From the NCBI GenBank assembly GCA_002269645.1, contig NIVC01000922.1:1-64000 (forward strand): 64,000 nt of DNA, read 5' to 3'. The position numbers and the translations under genes were made by a program. The DNA is from Macrostomum lignano. Lineage: Eukaryota. The notes below the pieces were generated by a model. It ran no database searches, was not told where the DNA came from, and saw only the letters and a list, made by a program, of their open reading frames with translations. Shown here piece by piece: positions 11,401-23,396 of the stretch (its first letter is position 1; each line of letters opens with the position of its first letter).

Positions 11401-13177
11401 TGTCTGTGGTAAGTTATTTAGTAAACTGGTAGCTTCTTTGGTAGAGTCTGATAGGTTATTTGGTAATAACTCTGATTGGCTATTCTGAATTAGGCTATTC
11501 GGTGGACTCTAAAGTAGGCTATTCAGTAGACTCTAAAGTAGGCTATTCAGTAGACTCTAAAGTAGGCTATTCGGTAGACTCTTAAGTAGGCTATTCGGTA
11601 GACTCTAAAGTAGGCTATTCGGTAGACTCTAAAGTAGGCTATTCGGTAGACTCTTAAGTAGGTTTTTTGGTAGACTTTTATAAAACCCCCGCCACCTACT
11701 CGCAGGTCCTGGCCATCGCCAAGCGCCGCAGGACCTATCGAGACGAGGACAGAGGCCTGGTGGTTGGCACCCAGGTGCCCAGCACCAAATATCGCGACCA
11801 AATGCGGCACGAGGGCGCCTACATCTACCTGACAGAGGACGCCAAAGTTGGCGGCTCGTGTTCTCTTGGCGTTCGAATTCGGCTGAGAACGTTGCGGCTG
11901 CGTTCGTATAGGGACGAATTGGATCACCTGCTCAGCGAGTTGCTAGGGGATATGCGAGCTGGCAGGCTGGCTAATCCAGGGCCTGATCAGGTGCGATTCT
12001 GGGCTGTGTGCTGTAGGATGTTGCTGTAGGATTCTGGGCTGTGTGCTGTAGGATGTTGCTGTAGGATTCTGGGCTGTGTGCTGTAGGATGTTGCTGTAGG
12101 ATTCTGGGCTGTGTGCTGTAGGATGTTGCTGTAGGATTCTGGGCTGTGTGCTGTAGGATGTTGCTGTAGGATTCTGGGCTGTGTGCTGTAGGATGTTGCT
12201 GTAGGATTCTGGGCTGTGTGCTGTAGGATGTTGCTGTAGGATTCTGGGCTGTGTGCTGTAGGATGTTGCTGTAGGATTCTGGGCTGTGTGCTGTAGGATG
12301 TTGCTGTAGGATTCTGGGCTGTGTGCTGTAGGATGTTGCTGTAGGATTCTGGGCTGTGTGCTGTAGGATGTTGGGCTGTATGCTGTAGGATGCTGGGCTG
12401 TGTGCTGTAGGATGTTGGGCTGTATGCTGTAGGATGCTGGGCTGTGTGCTGTAGGATGTTGGGCTGTATGCTGTAGGATGCTGGGCTGTGTGCTGTAGGA
12501 TGTTGGGCTGTATGCTGTAGGATGCTGGGCTGTGTGCTGTAGGATGTTGCTGTAGGATTCTGGGCTGTGTGCTGTAGGATGTTGCTGTAGGATTCTGGGC
12601 TGTGTGCTGTAGGATGTTGCTGTAGGATTCTGGGCTGTGTGCTTTAGGATGTTGCTGTAGGATTCTGGGCTGTGTGCTTTAGGATGTTGCTGTAGGATTC
12701 TGGGCTGTGTGCTGTAGGATGTTGGGCTGTATGCTGTAGGATGCTGGGTAGGCATGCTGTAGGATGCTGGGTAGGCATGCATTCATTCCCTCCACTAACC
12801 CCCCGCCGGCACCGCAGGTGAGCGAGCAGGCGGTAAGCCGCGTGCTCACCCTGCTGTACTATCTGACCAACGCTATGCCGCTGTCGCATCGCAGCGGCCC
12901 CGCCGCTTTCGCCGTCGCCGTTGGCCTCCTGTTGGCCAGCAACATCGGCGTTGGTGGCCGGCCGCCTCCGGGCAAGTCGCTGGAACTCGAACCCGTGCTG
13001 GCCGGCACGCCGGATGCTTTCGCTCTGGTCACCAGGCAGTGGCTGAAACCCGTGGCTTTGGCCAAGTCTGTTGGTGCCGGTGCCGACTGCCTGAGCGTCA
13101 CCGCTGCGCTGCCCACCCTGCGATCCGTGCTGGAGATGATCGGGGCGGGCGCCTCTGCCGACTGCCCGGCTGCCTGA
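4898..13177 (+). CDS. TTC13: Tetratricopeptide repeat protein 13 (12 exons recognised; start-codon exon not identified)
   Basis: Exons 4898-4958 (GC donor; alternative GT end at 4949), 5134-5201, 5617-5692, 5776-5846, 5941-6006, 7674-7901, 8968-9228, 9575-9946, 10080-10120, 10675-11188, 11706-11990, 12818-13177; all junction phases are consistent (~800 codons). Motifs match recalled TTC13: [65 protein letters not shown]-terminal TPR repeats are present. Confidence 0.9.
5303..5530. repeat. (CAGA)n microsatellite in a TTC13 intron
   Basis: GACA/GGCA tetranucleotide array. Confidence 0.95.
6070..7015. repeat. ATTGTCACTC-based minisatellite with 182-bp higher-order period, TTC13 intron
   Basis: Short ATTGTCACTC(C/T) subunits; the identical ORFs 6405-6590 and 6587-6772 are offset by 182 bp. 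Confidence 0.9.
7925..8830. repeat. G/A-rich minisatellite (GAGAGTGGGGGAAGGAGAGGGT), TTC13 intron
   Basis: Purine-dominated tandem units with G5/G3 tracts, starting ~25 bp after the 7901 donor. Confidence 0.95.
9305..9545. repeat. ~20-bp minisatellite (GGGGATTAAGGTTCTCTATG), TTC13 intron
   Basis: About 11 tandem copies between the exon ending at 9228 and the exon starting at 9575. Confidence 0.9.
10180..10674. repeat. 52-bp minisatellite with internal inverted repeat, TTC13 intron
   Basis: TACTAAAGTAC at 10213 and 10265 (period 52); many units contain CTATGGAA-GT-TTCCATAG. Confidence 0.92.
11200..11665. repeat. 20-25-bp minisatellite (GTAGGCTATTCGGTAGACTCTAAA), TTC13 intron
   Basis: Degenerate at the 5' side, homogeneous at 11515-11665. 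Confidence 0.88.
11995..12780. repeat. 35-bp minisatellite (GATTCTGGGCTGTGTGCTGTAGGATGTTGCTGTAG), last TTC13 intron
   Basis: Near-perfect copies start 5 nt after the donor at 11990; a central block of 24-bp variants is present. Confidence 0.95.
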
Positions 13178-13199
13178 TGCATGTGGGGAGTGAAACTGG

Positions 13200-13790
13200 G
13201 GTGATAGTGGAGTGACCATAGAGTGGCACTGGAGTGACCATAGAGTGACACTGGAATGACCATAGAGTGACACTGGAATGACCATAGAGTGACACTGGAG
13301 TGACATCTGTTTGACACTGGAGTGACATCTGTTTGACACTGGAGTGACCATAGAGTGACACTGGAGTGACCATAGAGTGACACTGGAATGACCATAGAGT
13401 GACACTAGAGTGACATCTGTTTGACACTGGAGTGACATCTGTTTGACACTAGAGTGACATCTGTTTGACACTGGAATGACATCTGTTTGACACTGGAGTG
13501 ACCATAGAGTGACACTAGATTGACCATGAGTGACACTTGAGTGATCATAGAGTGACACTAGATTGACCATGAGTGACACTTGAGTGATCATAGAGTGACA
13601 CTTTTAGTGACCATAGAGTGGCACTGGAGTGACCATAAAGTGACACTAGAGTGACCGTATAGTGATACTGGAGTGACCGTAGAGTGACACTGGAGTGACC
13701 GTAGAGTGACACTGGAGTGACCGTAGAGTGATACTTGAGTGACCATAGAATGACACTGGAGTGACCATAGAGTGACAATAGAGACGTTGG
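13200..13790. repeat. 22-bp minisatellite (GAGTGACCATAGAGTGACACTG) just after the TTC13 stop
   Basis: Tandem copies begin ~25 bp after the TGA at 13177; they explain the spurious ORFs at 12644-13933. Confidence 0.92.
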
Positions 13791-14224
13791 AGTGAAACTT
13801 GACTAATAGTAAAGTACAAGTGTGACAACAGAATGGCACTGGAATGACAGTGACATCGGATTGACTTTGGTGTGTCAGCGTTTAGAGAGTTGATTGAGTG
13901 ACAGCTCACTGGTCCTCCTTCACGATGAGCCATTGGCAGCTTAAAATAAATTGGCTTAGTGAAGTTTTGTGTTTTTCTTTAAACAAAAAATTCAACAGTT
14001 GCGATTTGTTTTGACTTGGGTTATTAGTCGACTGGTCGGATAGCACGCTGATAAGTTTTTATCTTGAATCTTAACTATCTGATCTAAATATCTAAATAAA
14101 AGGGTTAATTTCCTATTTCTACTGTGCATTTTCTATCGTGCTGTCTGCTTCTAATTGTTCCCGCGACGCATATTTTGACGTTTGACTTTGACTGTTTCTA
14201 AAATAAATTTGGTTATTATAATTA

Positions 14225-14353
14225 ACAAGCTGTTGAAACCCGCGGAATTTGAACCCGGGGAATTCCAACCCCCGGAACTATTTTTGCATGTATTCTGAAA
14301 TCTGAGCCCATACTTAAACAAAAACTTTTTAATAGTTAGAAATTTAGGATAGA
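14225..14353 (-). mobile_element. Short non-autonomous Helitron-like repeat (copy 1)
   Basis: The reverse complement of 51034-51156 matches over ~130 bp (ACAAGCTGTTGAAACC..TTTGAACC.GGGGAATT..CCCCGGAACT..TTTTGCATGTATTCTGAAATCT). Confidence 0.5.
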
Positions 14354-14479
14354 GTTAAACATAAAATAGAGTACATTCATGTACAATTAGTATTTGAAGC
14401 AAACATTAATATTGTTGGTTGGGGTGCTGCACAGAATGTCAGGCAAACTCATGGCCTCTGCCTCTCCTTGTGTCCCTTT

Positions 14480-15870
14480 GAAGTTGGATCCTTAGAAACT
14501 TCTATCTCTACCTTCTCTTCTGTTTTCTCTCTTCTCTGGTCTATGGTCTCTTCTCTCTCTCCTCTATCCCCTCTTCTCTCGTCTATTCCCTCTTATTATT
14601 TTCTCTCCTCTCCTCTCCTCTCTCATCTCTGCTCTCTTATCTCTCCCTTTCTCCTGTTTTATCTCTTCCCATTTCTCTCTGCTCTCTATTCTATCTTCTC
14701 TCTGCTCTCTACTCTCTCCTCTCTACTCTATTTTCTCTCTGCTCTCTACTCTCTCTTCTCTCTGCTCTCTACTCTATCTTCCCTCTGCTCGATCTGCACT
14801 ATCTTCTCTCTGCTCTCTACTATCTTCTCTCTGCTCTCTACTCTCTATTCTCTCTTCCCTCTCCCCTCTCCTCACTCCTTACTCTACCCTCTCCGAACAC
14901 TTCTCCTCTCTCCTTTCTCCTCTCCTCCCTCCTCTGTACTCTGTACTCTCTCGTCTTTCTCTCCTCTCTTCTATCGTCTCTTCCTTCACCTCTCCTCTCT
15001 CGTCTTTGCTCTCTTATCTATCTCTCCTTTCTCTTCTTTTATCTTTTCTCTCTTATCTCTTCTCATTTCTCTCTGCATGCTCTCTACCTCTATCTCTCCC
15101 TCTCTCTCCTCACCCCTCTCTCATCCTTTCCCCTCTTTCCCCTGTCCTCTCGATTCTCTCCCCTCCCCTCCTCTTTCCTCACTCACTTCTCTGTCTCTCT
15201 CTTCCTTTGTCTCACCTTTCATCTCTCATCTCTTATTTCTTATCTATCCTCTTTTCTCTCTACTCTCCCATCTCTCGTGTGTTCACTCTCGTCTTTGCTC
15301 TCTCAGTCTTATCTTCCCTCTCTCATCTGTCATCTTTACTCTCGTATACTCGTATGTTCTCACCTCTCTCCTCTGTACTCTTCTCTTTCCCCTCATCTGA
15401 CTCCTCTCTCCTCTCTCCTCTCAGATATCGTGTTCACTCTCATCCCCTCTCTTTTCTGCCATCTGTACTCTCCAATCTTCAGTGTACTCTTCTCTTTACC
15501 CTCCTCTGATTACTCTCTTTCCTTACTCCTCTTCTCTTCTCTCTTCTATACTCTCTCCCCTCTATTCTCTTCTCTCGCCTTTCTGCACTCTGCTCTCTCC
15601 TCCTTCATCTCTCATCTCTACTCTCTTCTCACTCTTCTCTGCTCTCCTCTGTCATCGATCCTGTCGCATCTCTCCCATCTTCTCTCTCCCTCTTCTCACT
15701 TCTACTCTTTCCTCTCTCTTCTCTCTCCCCTCCTCTCGCTTCTTACTCCAATATTATCTGCTCACTCCTTATCCTTACCCCATCATCTCTCTTCTTGTCT
15801 TCTATCTTTTCTCTTTTCTCTCGCTTCTCCTCTCTTCTTATAGTCTATTCCTTCTCCTTTTCACTCTCAT
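14480..15870. repeat. 1.4-kb polypyrimidine (CT-rich) low-complexity tract
   Basis: Mostly C/T on the + strand; source of the L/S-rich spurious ORFs. Confidence 0.92.
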
Positions 15871-16539
15871 CTCATCAGCCATGAGTTTGATTCTTTATCT
15901 GGCATTTGAGGTTAAAGTCTGTCAATCCCCGCTTCGAAAGCGTTTGTGGAACGTAGTACTCTCATAGTTGTTATGCTTTAATCACATCATATTTCTGGCC
16001 AATTAGCAGCCCTGAGAGTAATTTGTGTATCTCCCTCCAGCCCAGCTCCACCACCACAGTCTGCAGCAGTCTAGCAACCAAGGAAATACGTATTTCTTAG
16101 GAGCCATTTAAATTTTAAAGTTACATTATGCGAATCTTGATGTTAAAATTTTCATGGTGTAACTAATTTAGTAGGATTGCATTGTAATCACTACTAATCA
16201 GTTATTCATTAATTTTTCGCTATTTTTACAAACCATCCCACATCGCCTTGATTTGCCATCCACTGTTAAACGGCTGCAGACTTGTCTATACAGAGGACAG
16301 TGGTTTGAATCTCTCGCTGAAACTGTCTCTCCTCTCCACGCCTCTCCGCGCGCGGGTGCCGAGAAGGCTATTAAAAAGTTATTCCAAAACACTGTACATT
16401 CGCTAAGTACATTGAGCCCTATCGCCTGACCCTTCGTCTGGGCTGGGGAATGAGTGAGTGAGAGGCACAAACAACAGAAAAATCAGACAAAATTCACATG
16501 CTTACAGTTTCTGTCCTGATTGAGATACAGAGTTGAGAC

Positions 16540-17085
16540 TTTACATGTAGGCAAAGAATGAGTCAATAAAGAATTGTGTCAAATTTGAAGTCAATCGCTT
16601 CACGTGGAGAAAACTTATGGCAGCCGAAAGTTAGGCATTTTAAAACCTACTCACACCCTTTGCCCAGATCGGGAAAGAGAGGCAGGCGGGCGGAGGTTGG
16701 GGTGGCTGCCTCGCTGAAAAAACAGCCAAACTTTAAAAGTGCACAGCGCCGTTCAGGATTAACTTTAAGACTCGATATTTTACATGATTGTGCCAAAATA
16801 GTTGAAAATTGTCTGTGTCAAATTTGAAGAGAATCGGTAGAAGTGGAGCGGCGCTATGGAGGATTTAGTGAAAAAATTGCGCATTTTGAGCAGTTTTTTG
16901 CACTTTTAGGTAGGAAGACTCAAATTTAGGAAATTAAAAGGTAGCCTAAGACATTCTCCGTAGTAAGTTTAGGGTGGGTGTAAAGTTTGGTGTAATTTGG
17001 TTGAGCGGTTTGGGAGTCCATAGCGATCAAAATTGTCCACACACAGACACACACACACACAGAGTTTTGATTTTTATAGTTAGAG
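16540..17085 (+). mobile_element. Probable non-autonomous Helitron/Helentron-type element fragment
   Basis: Repeated TGTGTCAAATTTGAAG motifs, then AAGTTTGG..GGTTGAGCGGTTTGGGAG, a (CA)n tract and TATAGTTAGAGAT; this layout recalls invertebrate HINE/DINE-like elements. Ends not proven. Confidence 0.35.
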
Positions 17086-17188
17086 ATATACTGACTGATG
17101 GACTGCAGGTTTAACAGTGATTGATATCAAAGCCATTGTTGCTCAATCAGCTGAATTTTTTAATGTCTGTTTTTAATTTTCTAATTCT

Positions 17189-17592
17189 ACTCCCAGATCC
17201 TCAGTTGCTGGGCCAGCCTCCCAGATCCTCAGTTGCTGGGCCAGCCTCCCCGATCCTCAGTTGCTGGGCCAGCCTCCCAGATCCTCAGTTGCTGGGCCAG
17301 CCTCCCAGATCCTCAGTTGCTAGGCCAGCCTCCCCGATCCTCAGTTGCTGGGCCAGCCTCCCAGATCCTCAGTTGCTGGGCCAGCCTCCCAGATCCTCAG
17401 TTGCTGGGCCAGCCTCCCAGATCCTCAGTTGCTGTGGCCAGCCTCCCAGATCCTCAGTTGCTGGGCCAGCCTCCCAGATCCTCAGTTGCTGGGCCAGCCT
17501 CCCAGAGTGTCAGTTGCTGGGCCAGCCTCCCAGAGTGTCAGTTGCTGGGCCAGCCTCCAGATCCTCAGTTGCTGGGCCAGCCTCCCAGATTC
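17189..17592 (+). repeat. 28-bp dispersed minisatellite, locus 1 (CTGGGCCAGCCTCCCAGATCCTCAGTTG)
   Basis: About 14 copies upstream of the ankyrin ATG; same unit as 22236, 40930 and 59560. Confidence 0.95.
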
Positions 17593-17928
17593 CAGGTTTT
17601 ACAAGCAGACATTTCAAGGTGATTACTTTTATCGCGGCAGCGCCGGCAAGTTCTAATCTCAGCAAGTCGGCAGGACAAATGAGTCGCAAGACCTCTACCT
17701 CAGCTAGGTGGAAAACAAACGCTCACAAAGCATCGCGATAGCCTAAAAACGGCAAGGCGTGTCCAGAACGCTGGCATGGCCCTATCGCTCTCGCATTGCC
17801 TGTGCCTATTTGCTCAAGCCAAACACATTTAAGCACTGCTAGGCAAGTATTTAAACAGATAAGTACCAGTCCGTCATCAGCCCCCTCTCGCGGTGGTGCC
17901 TGCTGTGCACAATTGCATCCCAGCAACA

Positions 17929-18656
17929 ATGTACCCCACAGCGACTGCTGATTTTGTTGGCCATCGCAGCGGCTCAGAGTCTCCTGGTAGAGTTCCCGTT
18001 TCCTCGGGTCGAGGCCTACCCTGGCTCGCCCCGTTGCCTAGCAACCACAGTGGCCGACGCTTCTTCATCGTCACTGCTACGAATTCTCATCTGGCTAGAG
18101 ACCTACTAGCTGGGATTCGAGCTTGCGACCTTCGAGCATGTCGGCATTCGATTGTCGCGATGGGCTGCCGACCAACTGACAGCCTGGTTGATCCTGTCGA
18201 TGGCTTGACACCCCTGCTGATTGCGGCAACTCTGCCCGACGGTGGCTGCGAATCTGAGGTGGCTCAGCTGACCCGAAAGCGGCTGAAGCTGCTGCGCCTG
18301 CTGCTCCATCACGGAGCCGATCCGCTGGGCCGGCCGGATCCCCTGTTCGGCCGGACACCCCTGGCTTGGTCCTGCGCGCTCGGACGGCCGGAGGATTTGG
18401 CTTTGATGCTGGCAGCTGACTCGGTGCCGATGCGGCTGGACCTCCTGGCTGCCGACTCTGCCGGCGACACCTGCCTGCACCTGGCCGCCGCTGCCGGCTG
18501 TCAGCGCTGCGTGCAGCAGCTGCTTGGCTGGCACTCGGCCTTCGGGGTGCCGATTGGTGCGGCCAGGAATGCCGCTGGCCTGACCGCCTGCATAGCGGCA
18601 AGCGGAGAGGCTGTGCGGTCTGCGCTGGGAGCCACCGAGGTGTAAGTCTGTCTGGC

Positions 18657-18729
<73 letters not shown>

Positions 18730-18752
18730 GGCTGGCTGTCTGTCTGTCTGGC

Positions 18753-18833
<81 letters not shown>

Positions 18834-19012
18834 GGCTGGCTGTCTGTCTGTCTGTCTTAGTGTCTTAGTGTCTGTCTGTCTGTCTGGCTGTCTGTCTGTC
18901 TGGCTGTCTGTCTGTCTGGCTGTCTGTCTGTCTGCCTGTGTGTCTGTCTGTCTGTCTGTCTGGCTGTCTGTCTGTTTGTGTGTCTGTCTGTCTGTCTGTC
19001 TGTCTGTCTGGC

Positions 19013-19063
<51 letters not shown>

Positions 19064-22000
19064 GTGGATGTCTGTCTGTCTGAAAATTAATATAAAACTG
19101 TACGATTGAAAAGCAACTTTTCGTCAGAGTCCCGCATGTTTTTGTGTTCACGCGTGTATATTTAAAGAAAATAATTGACCTCCGGGGTCAACTAAAAAAA
19201 TCAAACAGCCCAGTGTAGGTCACGTGAGCCAAGGCACTGTTATCAGCACCGCAAGTCCGGCCGCAAGAGTCAGCACACTTGACGCACCCGTTCTGCTTGT
19301 GAACTTTTTTATATTGCACAAATCTTCCGAGCACTCTTCGCATTTGATGATGGTGTCGTTGGCCAGGCCCAGAACTTTTAGCTTGGCTTTCACGTATATG
19401 CAGGTGCCGCAGATGCCGCCTTCCTATATGTATGCAATTGTTGGCGTTTATGGCTCCGATTTTTAGCTGTGTTGTCCAAATAAGTTCTTAATACTTTTAA
19501 AAGTCAATCTTAGATTGTGGGGGCGCCATTTTCATTTGATGGGGGGCGCCATTTTCATTTGATGGGGGGCGCCATTTTCATTTGATGGGGACGCCATTTT
19601 CATTTGATGGGGGACGCCATTTCATTTGATGGGGGGCGCCATTTTTATTTGATGGGGGCGCCATTTTAATTTGATGGGGACGCCATTTTCATTTGATGGG
19701 GGGCGCCATTTTTATCTGATGTGGGGCACCATTTCATTTAATGGGGGTGGTGCCATTTCATTTGATGGGGGCGCCATTTTTTATTTTGATATGGGGCGCC
19801 ATTTCATTTCATGGGGGCGCCATTTTTTTTTATATGGGGCGCCATCTCATTTGATATGGGGCGCCATCTCATTTGATATGGGGCGCCATCTCATTTGATA
19901 TGGGGCGCCATCTCATTTGATGGGGGAGGCGCCATTTCACTTGATTGGGCGCCATGTCATTTGATGGGGGTGTCATTAAAAATATTTTTAAGGAAGTCTT
20001 GAAGGGCTTAAATTTTTATAAACTAATCTACACGTATAAGCTTTAACAGAGCCGGGCAGTCATTGAATAATTAATAGTTTTTCTAACTGGCTAGAGACAC
20101 GTGTGATTAAAGCAATCAGAGCCCAATTAAAATGTTTACCTGTCCAGTTTTATATATCAACAGGACGCAAGAGTGTCCGGGAATGCAGATGGCCGGCCCT
20201 GTGTCCACTCGAAGTCCAAATAATTTGTTGTTGTAGTGGTGGCAGTCGAGTGCCAGTGTCGCTTCTTAAAGTGTTGAATAATGTCTTGGGATTTTTAAGG
20301 GTACGTTGCTTAGGTTGCTTGAAGCCTGTATCTATGGGTTGCTAGGGACTCTTTGAAGGTTCAAATTGGTTGCTAGAGTCACTTGAGGGTTTCTAATTGT
20401 TTCTAGGAAGCTTTGGGGTTTCCATGGGTTGCTTATTGGGGTGTTTATTGGTTGCTAGGGACGCTTTTAGGGTAGGGTGTCCATACCATTGGTTGTTAGG
20501 AATGCTTTAAAGGTGGCGAATGGTTGCTAAGGCTTAGGAAATGGTGTCCATTGGTTGTTAGGAACGCTTTAAGTGTATAAATTGGTTGCTAGGGACGGTT
20601 TAAGGGTAGGGTGTCCATTGGCTGTTAGGGATGCTTTAAACGTGGTGAATGGTTGCTAAGGACTCGTAAAGGGTGTCCATTGGTTGCTAGGGATGCTTTA
20701 AGGGTATCTATTGGTTGCTAGGGACGCTTTTCGGTGGAGTATGGTTGCTAGCTAGGGACGCTTTAAGAGTATCCATTGGTTGCTAGGGACGCTTTTCGGT
20801 GGAGTATGGTTGCTAGGGACGCTTTTCGGTGGAGTATGGTTGCTAGGGACGCTTTGGAGTGTCCGTTGGTTGCTACTAGTCACTTGAATGTATAGAATTG
20901 TTGCTATAGACGCTTTGAGGGCGTGCATTGGTTTCTAGGGACGCTTTGAATGTGTTCAATGGCTGCTAGGGACTCTTGAGGAATTACAATACTTGCTAGT
21001 TTACTTTAAGCTACAGAAACTTGAATGTTTGTATGGGTTGCTAGGGACGCTTTCATCAGATGTTCTCAAAAAAGCTAAGATTAAACAGCAAACTTACCAA
21101 TAATTGATAGGCACAGGAGTGCAAGACTAAAAAAAGTTGACAATAATTTCATTATTAAAACGAAAACTAAAATCCAGCTTCACATATCGATAGATCACCT
21201 TACGCGAATGATTGTGTGTTGTAATGTTTCAAGGTTAGAGAATGCATTTTAAGTAGAGAATTCAAAAGACACGGTCAACCATATTCAACCCACTATTCGA
21301 CCATTGTCTATGGCCAAAACCGTGTATTGGGGAGAGCGTTGAATTCAGACTTTAAACTCAGAACCATATTAGACAGAATGGTGCATCCTGTTACCCAGGA
21401 AGCGAAAGATTTTGCAACTGTCAGACCAAATGAGATATTTTCACAGGCCAAACAGCGATCAAGCAGGAAGCGTGAGCAAGTGTGTGAGCAAATTTGGCTG
21501 CACTCTTAGCAACCGCGTGATAGCATCCGCACGCCTGGATCCACGATTCTGCTGCAGCACCATGGAACGCCATTCCTTGAGATCCTGCAGAGTGCCACAC
21601 AGATAATAGACGGTGTTTTGACCATAGATTAAATTTGAACCATTTGAATAGTTTTCATTGGAATGGGCTATCCTATAGTTTAACCACAGAATAAACTACA
21701 CTAACTTATAGTTCATTAATTCCGCAGGGTTCCACAGCCGGGTTCAACAAAACCAACTTCCGGTAGTGAAGTGAAACAGCAGCCAACTTCCGGAAGTAGT
21801 CAAGACCGTTTTACTCCTTTGAGAAATTCTTCCAAAGACAGCCTGTCACACTGCATGCGGCTGATGTCGATGCAGTGCTCGCCAAGTTACCGACAGCAGG
21901 CCGCCTGCAGAACCGCAAACCCGAGACCTGATCCACTCGAGGCCAACAAGGTCGAGGTGGAATCAACGTTGACAGACAAGAATGTCGTCACCGACCTGCG

Positions 22001-22121
22001 CCAGTGTCGAAGGAAGTCCAGCACCGCTGCTCGGGCAGGACTCGCACCTGAGAGGGCGCAGCGGCAGACTGGTGGCCACAATAAAAGAGCTAGAAAGCGA
22101 AGATTTACCTGTCCTGCCTGA
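17929..22121 (+). CDS. Ankyrin-repeat protein, ANKRD63-like (~368 aa)
   Basis: Exon 17929-18641: ATG downstream of an in-frame TAA at 17860; [43 protein letters not shown] ankyrin repeats; donor GT|GTAAGT. A phase-compatible terminal exon at 21728-22121 is followed by ATTAAA. An alternative phase-compatible terminal exon at 21447-21606 cannot be excluded. Confidence 0.72.
18646..19082. repeat. (TCTG)n microsatellite starting at the ankyrin donor site
   Basis: GTAAG runs straight into TCTG/GCTG tetramers. Confidence 0.95.
19220..21152 (-). CDS. Ly6/uPAR-like three-finger protein, secreted and GPI-anchored (127 aa), nested antisense in the ankyrin intron
   Basis: Exons 21152-21098 (phase 1), 20264-20140 (phase 0), 19423-19220 (stop); all GT-AG. 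Protein: [127 protein letters not shown]. It has a signal peptide, 8 mature Cys ending in CxxCxxxxCN, and a hydrophobic GPI-type tail. Confidence 0.85.
19518..19975. repeat. ~21-bp minisatellite (GGGGCGCCATTTTCATTTGAT) in intron 2 of the nested gene
   Basis: About 20 tandem copies with variable G-run length. Confidence 0.9.
20330..21052. repeat. Degenerate ~30-40-bp repeat (GGTTGCTAGGGACGCTTT core) in intron 1 of the nested gene
   Basis: Nine exact GTTGCTAGGG copies plus variants. Confidence 0.8.
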
Positions 22122-22235
22122 GTGACTGTTATTCACATTAAACATTTTATCTTAGCTAGTAGAATACATTTATAAAAACAGTTTTTATTAGGAAGGAGAT
22201 AATTTATTAATTCTGCAGATAGTCAGGTAGAAGTG

Positions 22236-23396
22236 GCCCAGCAACTGGGGATCTGGGAGGCTGGCCCAGCAACTGACACTCTGAGAGGCTAGCCCAGCAA
22301 CTGAGGATCTGGGAGGCTGGCCCAGCAACTGAGGATCTGGGAGGCTGGCCCAGCAACTGACACTCTGGGAGGCTGGCCCAGCAACTGACACTCTGAGAGG
22401 CTAGCCCAGCAACTGAGGATCTGGAAGGCTGGCCCAGCAACTGAGGATCTGGGAGGCTGGCCCAGCAACTGGGGATCTGGGAGGCTGGCCCAGCAACTGA
22501 GGATCTGGGAGGCTGGCCCAGCAACTGGGGATCTGGGAGGCTGGCCCAGCAACTGGGGATCTGGGAGGCTGGCCCAGCAACTGAGGATCTGGGAGGGCTG
22601 GCCCAGCAACTGAGGATCTGGGAGGCTGGCCCAGCAACTGAGGATCTGGGAGGCTGGCCCAGCAACTGGGGATCTGGGAGGCTGGCCTAGCAACTGGGGA
22701 TCTGGGAGGCTGGCCCAGCAACTGAGGATCTGGGAGGCTGGCCCAGCAGCTGAGGATCTGGGAGGCTGGCCCAGCAACTGAGGATCTGGGAGGCTGGCCC
22801 AGCAACTGACACTCTGGGAGGCTGGCCCAGCAACTGAGGATCTGGGAGGCTGGCCCAGCAACTGGGGATCTGGGAGGCTGGCCCAGCAACTGGGGATCTG
22901 GGAGGCTGGCCCAGCAACTGAGGATCTGGGAGGCTGGCCCAGCAACTGAGGATCTGGGAGGCTGGCCCAGCAACTGGGGATCTGGGAGGCTGGCCCAGCA
23001 ACTGACACTCTGAGAGGCTAGCCCAGCAACTGAGGATTTGAGAGGCTGGCCCAGCAACTGGGGATCTGGGAGGCTGGCCCAGCAACTGGGGATTTGGGAG
23101 GCTGGCCCAGCAACTGAGGATCTGGGAGGCTGGCCCAGCAACTGAGGATCTGGTAGGCTGACCCAGCAACTGAGGATCTGGGAGGCTGGCCCAGCAACTG
23201 AGGATCTGGGAGGCTGGCCCAGCAACTGAGGATCTGGGAGGCTGGCCCAGCAACTGAGGATCTGGGAGGCTGGCCCAGCAACTGAGGATCTGGGAGGCTG
23301 GCCCAGCAACTGAGGATCTGGGAGGCTGGCCTAGCAACTGAGGATTTGGGAGGCTGGCCCAGCAACTGAGGATCTGGGAGGCTGGCTCAGCAACTG
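22236..23396 (-). repeat. 28-bp dispersed minisatellite, locus 2 (reverse orientation, ~41 copies)
   Basis: CAACTGAGGATCTGGGAGGCTGGCCCAG is the reverse complement of the locus 1 unit; it lies between the convergent ankyrin and CSPP1 3' ends. Confidence 0.95.

Noticed and set aside
11943-13933. Long repetitive minus-strand ORFs
   Set aside because: Products of the 35-bp and 22-bp arrays or antisense of TTC13 exons.
14468-15967. Leu/Ser-rich membrane-like ORFs
   Set aside because: The CT-rich tract lacks stop codons by composition.
22188-23365. [20 protein letters not shown] repeat proteins (also at 17121, 40895, 59586)
   Set aside because: A 28-bp unit is not a multiple of 3 and cycles through frames; in STX6 and PCYT2 the array lies within GT-AG introns.
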